A stretch of 44,112 bases of DNA from an uncultured virus (IMG/VR IMGVR_UViG_3300012274_000057). Taxonomy: Duplodnaviria > Heunggongvirae > Uroviricota > Caudoviricetes. A program made the translations under genes and the position numbers. The notes under the pieces were generated by a model. It had not been told where the DNA came from, did not search any database, and was given only the letters and a program-made list of their open reading frames with translations. Positions within the stretch are counted from its first letter, which is position 1. The number at the start of each line of letters is the position of its first letter. Location of the stretch: IMG/VR virus record IMGVR_UViG_3300012274_000057, positions 186,001 to 230,112 of that record; one strand, 5' to 3'. Below, in pieces: positions 37,264 through 44,112 of the stretch.

Positions 37264-37326
37264 AATTTATTACCTCCTTATATAATAAATACACCAATAT
37301 GCAATGCATATTGGTGTATTCTTTGT

Positions 37327-37743
37327 TTATACAGATTGCCAAGATATCAGTCTAACTGTTTCTTCTTTAGTCAAGTATACATTTTTCTCAACATCTGGTA
37401 AATTGGTTAATATTGTTATCGCTCTTACATAATTAACAGATATTGTTCTTAAATCTGTATTATAATCTTTAGAACAATCAAGTCCTATTGAAAACTTTGT
37501 TGCAGAAGGGATTGAAGAATTGTTAATATCCATGTCTTTCCATATATTTCTTATCACTCCTACCACAGTAGTGAATTTGGTACAATCTCTATCAATATAG
37601 CTTATTTCAATTAAATCACCCTCTGAAATAATTGTTTGTATAGGTTCTATTAATCCAATTTTAGAAATAGATATTTTTAATTGATTAATAAGTTCAGCTT
37701 CTATAGTTAGTATAACTTCTGAACTCTCTATTATATTATCCAT
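37327..37743 (-). CDS. hypothetical protein
   Basis: RBS AAGGAG; terminator 37288-37324. Confidence 0.75.
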   Translation of the reverse strand: MDNIIESSEVILTIEAELINQLKISISKIGLIEPIQTIISEGDLIEISYIDRDCTKFTTVVGVIRNIWKDMDINNSSIPSATKFSIGLDCSKDYNTDLRTISVNYVRAITILTNLPDVEKNVYLTKEETVRLISWQSV

Positions 37744-37775
37744 AAGACCAACTCCTTTCTTACTATAATGTGGAG

Positions 37776-38924
37776 TTATTGTTTATTATTATTAAGCTCT
37801 AAATCAGCTTTATTTTTAATAAGTTCTAAAACCTCTTTAATATTTTTAATTAGCTCAATATAATATTGATTGTCCATTTGTAGATGTTCAAGCATTAATA
37901 TATTATTTATAGTGTAGTACATAAATGTATGATCGACTGGATTATCACTCTTCATATTTAATGAAATCCTGCATATTAATACTATGATTTTTTCGATATC
38001 TTCCTTAGTATATTTTTCAGGAAGGTGCCTATCTAAAGCCTTTGCTATTAGGTTGATATCTTTTATTTTAAATTTAGAGTTTGCATATTTATAGTTAAAA
38101 TCAGAACAATATTTTTTATATTTTCTAATTTCTTTATCTAATCTTTTACCTGCTAAGAGATTTTCTTTTAAAGCATTTTTTAATGCTGTAAATTCTCGAG
38201 CTGTTTTATGCATATTTGCTATTTCTCTAAACTGTTTTGCTTTTACTGGATGTTTTTCCTCTATCATTTGAGCTTTCTTTTCCAATTCAACTTCCAAGAA
38301 GTCTATTTCATGCTCTGCATACATATCTACCAATCCTGGAATATCCAATTCTTTTCTTAAAGCCTCCTGAAAATCTATGAATGTATCTTCAGTTCTTATC
38401 TGATTCATAAAAAATTCGAATAAATCCTTAGCTGCTCTATTTACAATTCGTAAGTCAGTTGTTCCAGCTAATTGATAAGCCATTTGAACCATAGGAGTTG
38501 GTAATTCTGATAATAAATTAATCTTTTCTTTATTATTTGTCTTTTGCATTACTCCTAATAATTTTATCACATCATCATCAGAGAGGTCTAATCCGTCTTT
38601 TATATTACTCTTTAATTCTTCACTATTTAAAAGTTTTTCATTTATTTTTTCTTCAGTTACCTGCTCTACAATATCAGATAATGAAACATCTGCATTTCCT
38701 GGAGCCGATTGAGAAAAGTCTTTTTCTCCAGTATTTGGATTAACGCAAACATATCCTTCTTGTGATATAATACCATCTTTTTGTATAGTATTAAATGGGA
38801 ATGGTGTATCATCTTCTTGGATCTCTCTAAGATGTTTTACTTCATCAGGGAGATTTTCTCCCAAAACTTCTGATACTATTTCTACTTGTTCATCTGTTAA
38901 TTGAATTCCTTTTCTTTCTTCCAT
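37776..38924 (-). CDS. hypothetical protein (late, possibly virion)
   Basis: 382-aa ORF in the terminase-sheath block; RBS GGAGG. Confidence 0.75.
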   Translation of the reverse strand: MEERKGIQLTDEQVEIVSEVLGENLPDEVKHLREIQEDDTPFPFNTIQKDGIISQEGYVCVNPNTGEKDFSQSAPGNADVSLSDIVEQVTEEKINEKLLNSEELKSNIKDGLDLSDDDVIKLLGVMQKTNNKEKINLLSELPTPMVQMAYQLAGTTDLRIVNRAAKDLFEFFMNQIRTEDTFIDFQEALRKELDIPGLVDMYAEHEIDFLEVELEKKAQMIEEKHPVKAKQFREIANMHKTAREFTALKNALKENLLAGKRLDKEIRKYKKYCSDFNYKYANSKFKIKDINLIAKALDRHLPEKYTKEDIEKIIVLICRISLNMKSDNPVDHTFMYYTINNILMLEHLQMDNQYYIELIKNIKEVLELIKNKADLELNNNKQ

Positions 38925-38937
38925 AATAAAAATCCTC

Positions 38938-39717
38938 CTAAATATTATTTATATTTATATCTTCAGACATTGATAGTTTTTGTATACTCAATCTTATGTC
39001 TGTTATTAGTATTGGTCTAAATTGACTTTGCATAAATCCAGATATATGATATTTAAAAAAGTCATGTACAGGTTGTATAGTATTCTCTAAAAATTTAACT
39101 ATATTTTTATTATCATATATACAATTTAATAAAGTATTCATATCTATATCAAATACGAATATACTATTAATTACAAATTCTAAATTTGCATTTATTATAG
39201 CAATTTTAGAATTTTTATATGTTTTCTTATTGTATATTGTAGTGGTATCTTTTGATCTTTTTAAATCATTTAATTCTAAATAATCGTATAAATAGTTCTT
39301 TTCTTTCATAATATAATTTGTAAAGAAAAGAACTACGTTATTTTTAAAGTCTGACACTAAAAAACTATATAGATAATATGCTATAGAATAATAATCCTCA
39401 TTATCTAAATTTTGATTTAATTGTAAATTATATTCTCTACAGAGAATATCTATTATTTCTTTATAAGTTTCTTCCCTTGTTTGTTTAATATTTTGTAGAT
39501 CTAATTCCGATGTATAAATTGACATCAGTTGTTTAAATCTGTTCTCGTAAGCTGCTACTATATTTGGCATACCTATTTGGTAATATTCTGTTTTTCGTGT
39601 TATATTATCTTTTATCACATTAAATAAAAACTCACTATTAAAATGTGATAATATTATAGAAACCTCATTTTCTGTATTAATATTATATGTGTTATTTGCT
39701 GCTAAAAAACCACTCAT
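38938..39717 (-). CDS. hypothetical protein (late, possibly virion)
   Basis: RBS GAGGGGG; AACA-ATAGAG-TA at 39758-39747. Confidence 0.75.
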   Translation of the reverse strand: MSGFLAANNTYNINTENEVSIILSHFNSEFLFNVIKDNITRKTEYYQIGMPNIVAAYENRFKQLMSIYTSELDLQNIKQTREETYKEIIDILCREYNLQLNQNLDNEDYYSIAYYLYSFLVSDFKNNVVLFFTNYIMKEKNYLYDYLELNDLKRSKDTTTIYNKKTYKNSKIAIINANLEFVINSIFVFDIDMNTLLNCIYDNKNIVKFLENTIQPVHDFFKYHISGFMQSQFRPILITDIRLSIQKLSMSEDININNI

Positions 39718-39806
39718 TGAAACTTCCCCCTCATCAATCTTGAATTTACTCTATTGTTATCTAACAGATAGATTTTGACATAGAGGTTGTCCTCTATGTC
39801 AATCTT

Positions 39807-41957
39807 CTATCCTACATCTTGTTCATCTTCATTAAAATTTGTATATATATCATTAGGTATAGTATACATACTGTTATCATTTAAAGTTTGGGGATCTACA
39901 TGGAATTTATCTATATATGCTTGTCTTCCGACTTTACTCATTAATATATCATTCATTGCCTGTCTATCTTTCGCTTCTTCTTGTTGCATCCATGTTTCAT
40001 ACGCTACCGACTTAGAAGAATTGAGATATTCCAATTGTTGTTTAATTTCATCAGAAGTACCTTCATTCATTTCAAGTTCTGGCATGACATCATCATATTT
40101 ATCTTCTAATTTTATGATTGCTTCTTCAGCATCTTCATCTGTTTTAATAGATGATTTTTGAATACCCCATCTTTCCATTACATCTCTGCCCTCATACCAA
40201 ATGTATAAAGCCATTAAATAAGAAAATATTTGGTCGTCATGTCCATTACTAGTATGCTCTACTCTTCCATTTTTCTTAACTTCTAGAGTTTGTAATTCAT
40301 TAAATATATTAGGAGATATAAATTTATCTTTATGATGCTCCATTCTTTGTCTCAATATATCTATTAATGTTTCTCTAACTACTTTTGTGGAGTCCAATCC
40401 ATATACTTTTGTTTTTTGGATCTTTTTACTTATAGTATTTCCTCCACCAAAACGTTCTTCTACTACCTTATCTTTTATTTCAAAGAATAGATTCTTTTTA
40501 ATGCTTGTAGAAACTAATTTAGCTAATACTGAAGCCCCATATCCGCCGTTACGCTCAATGTTTACAACAGCATTAGGCATATATTTTGTAACTAATTCAT
40601 GAATTACACTAGCCAAATCAATTGTATTAATATAGTTACAATTGAAATCGGCTACAACCCGTGTGGTTCTAGAATCAACAATAGTTATAGCAGAAGCATC
40701 TCTTCTATATCCCCCAGATACGTCAACACCTACTAGTGGCGGATATTTTAAGTTCATTTCTTCATATATATCAAATTTATAGAACCTGTTTAGTATAATA
40801 CTTCTAATCGGTTGTTTAACAAGACTTTTTACTATATCTAAATCTTCTTTTCTAAATGGAGAGTTATCAGATGCCGCAGCCCATTCAAGAAGAACTTCAC
40901 GTCTAATAGCAGCCCAGTCTTTTTGCATATCGATAACGATACTCTTAAACCATTCTTCATCTCTTCCTAATTGTTGGTAAGTATATCTTATATAGACAAA
41001 TGAAGAATCTTTATTTTTAGATAATAATTCCATCAATTGTTCTTTAGGCATATCATACCAACTCTCATCAAACTTAGTTGCATTTTCCTTCATGATATAT
41101 GCATCATTACCCATTTCAGTAGTCATATCACCTGGTGTCGTAGTGATAATGATTCCATGAGGGGATCTATTATTTTTTGCGTTCATAGATGCAGTTTTAA
41201 ATGCAGGAACAGCTGCAAGATATATAATTTTATTATAAGGTATAAATGCAAACTCATCGTACCATATTCTAGGTATAGTAAGTCCTCTTCCTAAACTATT
41301 AGCATTTACCTTATTTCTAGCAGATGCTAATGTTTTAATTCTGTTACCATTCATTGGGTGTTCTAAAGATTCAACGTTTTCCTTATTTTTAATTTTTTTA
41401 CCATCAGGAGCAAATCCTTCTGTCATCCTTAAATATTTAGGTAAAGCATCTCTTATATCTTTTAAACGTCGTAAGTTAAGTTTCGAGTCATCAAATTTCT
41501 TATTTACAAATACCATTTCGGAACTTGTAGCAGCAAATTGATATTCATACAGAACTCTGCATATGATTCCTATAGTTTTACCAAACTGTCTTGGCAATTC
41601 TGCAAATATATTCATATTATGAACTATACAGAAGTTCATAGCTAAGTTTCCTCTATGAAGTTGATATCTAGAACCACTGTCAGCAGCAGCTCCTTCTTGT
41701 GGTATTATTACAATTTCCCTTAAGAAATACCAATAGTTACTTAAACATTCACGCAATATTTTCCTTTTCATAAATTCATTAAGCTTAGGATCACGTGGAT
41801 TAATAGCAGCTAAATCTGGATCTAATAATGCTAAGAAAAAAGCATTATTTGTAATCCCTTTATCTTTTAAAAATAAATACATATCCCTAAAAGATTTATT
41901 GGTAGTTTCAAAATGATAGTAGATTCTTTGTACTGCAGAGTTATTATAATCTACCAT
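39807..41957 (-). CDS. terL: terminase large subunit
   Basis: Walker A LPRQFGKT, GRG, Walker B WYDEFAF, ITTTP, RNase H VGVDVSGG, IERN, HDDQIFS. Confidence 0.95.
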   Translation of the reverse strand: MVDYNNSAVQRIYYHFETTNKSFRDMYLFLKDKGITNNAFFLALLDPDLAAINPRDPKLNEFMKRKILRECLSNYWYFLREIVIIPQEGAAADSGSRYQLHRGNLAMNFCIVHNMNIFAELPRQFGKTIGIICRVLYEYQFAATSSEMVFVNKKFDDSKLNLRRLKDIRDALPKYLRMTEGFAPDGKKIKNKENVESLEHPMNGNRIKTLASARNKVNANSLGRGLTIPRIWYDEFAFIPYNKIIYLAAVPAFKTASMNAKNNRSPHGIIITTTPGDMTTEMGNDAYIMKENATKFDESWYDMPKEQLMELLSKNKDSSFVYIRYTYQQLGRDEEWFKSIVIDMQKDWAAIRREVLLEWAAASDNSPFRKEDLDIVKSLVKQPIRSIILNRFYKFDIYEEMNLKYPPLVGVDVSGGYRRDASAITIVDSRTTRVVADFNCNYINTIDLASVIHELVTKYMPNAVVNIERNGGYGASVLAKLVSTSIKKNLFFEIKDKVVEERFGGGNTISKKIQKTKVYGLDSTKVVRETLIDILRQRMEHHKDKFISPNIFNELQTLEVKKNGRVEHTSNGHDDQIFSYLMALYIWYEGRDVMERWGIQKSSIKTDEDAEEAIIKLEDKYDDVMPELEMNEGTSDEIKQQLEYLNSSKSVAYETWMQQEEAKDRQAMNDILMSKVGRQAYIDKFHVDPQTLNDNSMYTIPNDIYTNFNEDEQDVG

Positions 41958-42057
41958 TTATAGCACCTCCTTTGTTATTATTAATGTTGATATTTATAAT
42001 ATGACTAAAAGTATTTAATTGAATATAACATTCAATTAAAATAAAAGGAGGGATTTC

Positions 42058-42321
42058 ATGGAATTTATTAATTTTATTTTAGAAAACAACCTAGTTGTAG
42101 TTGTAGTATTATACATCATAGGTATGATGCTTAAAGGAACAGAAAAAGTTCTCAACAAATATATCCCATTAATACTATTGCCTATAGGTATTGCATTAAC
42201 TATGGGAGTTATGCGAACTATATCTGTAGATGGTATAATACAAGGCATACTAGTAACAGGTACAGCAGTATATGCAGACCAAATTGTAAAACAACTTGGT
42301 AAAAATGAGGAGCAGAGATAA
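42058..42321 (+). CDS. holin (Firmicute phage type)
   Basis: 3 TM segments, NKYIPLIL, QGILVTGTAVYADQIVKQ; late promoter 42027-42038. Confidence 0.85.
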   Translation: MEFINFILENNLVVVVVLYIIGMMLKGTEKVLNKYIPLILLPIGIALTMGVMRTISVDGIIQGILVTGTAVYADQIVKQLGKNEEQR

Positions 42322-42387
42322 TTAAACTAGAGCAATGGTTAATTCCATTGCTCTCCTCTTTTTTTATTTGTAAAAGTCTACATATAT

Positions 42388-42401
42388 AATTATATATTAT
42401 A
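42388..42401 (+). promoter_or_regulatory. putative early promoter
   Basis: AATTATATATTATA exact match. Confidence 0.6.
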
Positions 42402-42460
42402 TATGTAGAGAGTTAATAGGAAATTACTATAAATTAAAAAATTGAGAAAAAGGGGAGAAA

Positions 42461-42610
42461 TTGAAAATGTCACGTTGTATAGATTTGAGCTGTCAGATAG
42501 ATAGGAGAAGTTATGAGCATAGGAAGTTTGACACTAAAGACAAGGAACAAGATATAAAAAATGCTTTAAATGCTATAAATAATCTATTATCTAAATATAA
42601 AGAAAAATAA
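42461..42610 (+). CDS. small protein of about 48 aa (not in ORF track)
   Basis: RBS AGGGGAG; TTG 42461 or ATG 42467; MSRCIDLSCQIDRRSYEHRKFDTKDKEQDIKNALNAINNLLSKYKEK. Confidence 0.55.
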   Translation: MKMSRCIDLSCQIDRRSYEHRKFDTKDKEQDIKNALNAINNLLSKYKEK

Positions 42611-42678
42611 ACAGTAAACCTGTTTATTTTTTGTAATTAGAACATTACATTAAATAAAAAAGAAAGGAAGTAGGTATT

Positions 42679-43968
42679 ATGAAAATTCAAAAGATTGCTG
42701 TTAGAGGCGGTCATAATTATCAAGCCGCAGGTGCAGTTGGTATTATGAATGAAGTAACAGAAGATAGACAAGTGTATCCTGCTGTAATTAGATCTCTAAG
42801 AAAAGTAGGATTCGATGTTTTAGATGTTACTCCAGGAAACATGGATGTATCAAGTGATTTAGTTTATGGTGTTAGAAGAGCCAATGAATGGGGAGCAGAT
42901 TTATTTATTTCTATACATTTTAATAAAGCTTACAATCATTATGATGGTAAAATCGGTACAGAAAGTTATGTTCATGATGCAGGAAGTACACAAGTAGCTC
43001 TAAGGATTAATGATAAATTGGTATCAGTAGGATTCGTAGGAGATAATGGCAGACCTAGAGGAGTTAAAGTAAATTCTGGCTATTATGAATTAAACAGTAC
43101 AGATATGGTTGCTATTATAGTAGAGGTTTGTTTCTTAGAAGCAACTGGGGATGTAGCTCTTTATAGAAAACTAGGTCCAGATGCTATTGGGGAGCTTATA
43201 GCTGAAGGTATAGCAAATATGGAGATAGATGCTGCAAAACCATTACTACCAACCGTAGACACTAACTATGATGAATTATATAGAGTTAGAAGAACATGGA
43301 CAGATGTTGAAGGACAAAAAGGTGCTTATGGTAATCTTGAAAATGCTAAAAAAGCTGCAGATGGAAATCCAGGTTATAAAGTATTTAACAAAAAAGGCAC
43401 TCAAGTATATCCAGCAACAAATTCAAATACCAATGCAGATGATGCTGCTCCATATAGAGTTAGAACTAGTTGGTCTAACTCAGGTTCACAAAAAGGTGCA
43501 TTCAGTATTTTAAATAATGCTATAAGTTCTGCTAAAGAACATGGTTCATCTTATAAAGTATATGATAGAACAGGCAAAACTGTTTATCCAAGTACATCTA
43601 CTCCATCAAACCCATCTATTATAACTTCTGGTCCAAATCCAACTATAGTATGGTCAGGTAAAAAAGATGATACTATAAAGGAATTACAAAAAATATTAAA
43701 AGATAAAGGTCGTTCTATATCTGTAAATGGTATATCAGACACTGCTCTTTATAATATATTAAAAGATAGTTATACAATAGAATTATTTGATAGAGGTCCA
43801 TTAACTAAATGGGTACAAGATAGATTAAATGCTCAAGGATACAACTGTGGATTTGCTGATGGGTATGCCGAACAAGCTACTATGGATGGTATTCAGAGAA
43901 TGCAATCTAAATATAAACTTGGTTTAGGTTTCTTAGGAGGTACAGATTGGTATTACTTATTAAAATAA
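42679..43968 (+). CDS. endolysin, N-acetylmuramoyl-L-alanine amidase (Amidase_3) with cell-wall-binding repeats
   Basis: RGGH, E, SIHFN, IVEVCF zinc/catalytic motifs; two YRVRxxW..QKGA..NA..YKV..G..VYP repeats; PG-binding-like C-terminus; late promoter 42641-42652. Confidence 0.92.
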   Translation: MKIQKIAVRGGHNYQAAGAVGIMNEVTEDRQVYPAVIRSLRKVGFDVLDVTPGNMDVSSDLVYGVRRANEWGADLFISIHFNKAYNHYDGKIGTESYVHDAGSTQVALRINDKLVSVGFVGDNGRPRGVKVNSGYYELNSTDMVAIIVEVCFLEATGDVALYRKLGPDAIGELIAEGIANMEIDAAKPLLPTVDTNYDELYRVRRTWTDVEGQKGAYGNLENAKKAADGNPGYKVFNKKGTQVYPATNSNTNADDAAPYRVRTSWSNSGSQKGAFSILNNAISSAKEHGSSYKVYDRTGKTVYPSTSTPSNPSIITSGPNPTIVWSGKKDDTIKELQKILKDKGRSISVNGISDTALYNILKDSYTIELFDRGPLTKWVQDRLNAQGYNCGFADGYAEQATMDGIQRMQSKYKLGLGFLGGTDWYYLLK

Positions 43969-43985
43969 GTAATAAAAAGTATTTA

Positions 43986-44022
43986 AAATAGGTGGTTTAT
44001 TTTTTCCACCTATTTTATTTTT
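43986..44022 (+). terminator. intrinsic terminator
   Basis: AAAATAGGTGG...CCACCTATTTT plus T tract. Confidence 0.8.
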
Positions 44023-44039
44023 GTCTCATATTTAGATAG

Positions 44040-44085
44040 GCTTGTACATTTTTACAAAGTACAAAACATTTAAATATTTATATTT
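44040..44085 (+). repeat. dispersed 46-bp repeat, copy 2
   Basis: 41/46 identical to 23607-23652. Confidence 0.85.
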
Positions 44086-44112
44086 AAATTATATAAATTT
44101 AATATATAAAAA

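Noticed and set aside
10299..41957. Group I introns, inteins or homing endonucleases in RNAP, polB, recA or terL
   Set aside because: ORFs are continuous with motifs in order; no LAGLIDADG/HNH/GIY-YIG motifs or intein termini were recognised
41977..41988. Exact late promoter for terminase
   Set aside because: The site reads AACA-TTAATA-AT, not AACA-N6-TA; plausible as a variant but not counted
872..43513. Short ORFs antisense to or nested in long genes (e.g. 872-1102, 2922-3125, 5242-5460, 10226-10561, 20587-20826, 21330-21635, 30073-30321, 39787-40161, 42036-42248, 43268-43513)
   Set aside because: They overlap well-supported genes, lack RBSs and have shadow-frame I/F/S/L-rich composition
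1..44112. CRISPR array, tRNA or rRNA genes
   Set aside because: No regularly spaced repeats or cloverleaf/T-loop signatures were seen, and the intergenic gaps are short
1..44112. Stop-codon reassignment
   Set aside because: The standard code gives full-length genes at high density; the single in-frame TGA near 27075 comes with other lesions

Overview
Very AT-rich, densely coding 44-kb segment of a jumbo myophage of the phiKZ/AR9(PBS1)-related type. The host is probably a Clostridium-like Firmicute, judged from the holin, the Amidase_3 endolysin and a captured EF-Tu fragment. Encoded here: split multisubunit RNA polymerase subunits of two systems (non-virion beta-N and beta-C; probable virion beta-C and beta'-C pieces), half of a split family-B DNA polymerase, a possible sliding clamp, NAD-dependent ligase, RecA/UvsX, SbcC/Rad50, a tubulin/FtsZ-family protein, portal, tail sheath and tube, large terminase, holin and endolysin. 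Two promoter classes are visible: early-like AATTATATATTATA and AR9-like AACA-N6-TA, with an AACT variant before recombination genes. The most striking unexplained signal is a short linear peptide motif, roughly [KP/S]-[ML]-[VI]-x-F. It recurs, often in tandem, in tails, insertions or N-termini of the DNA polymerase, the ligase, both non-virion RNAP beta halves and three further proteins, suggesting a shared docking or targeting code. Other highlights: a 60-aa P-loop-dead EF-Tu mini-gene, two candidate structured ncRNAs, a dispersed 46-bp origin-like repeat, and an array of small acidic paralogs. All assignments are from reading motifs by eye; no searches were run.
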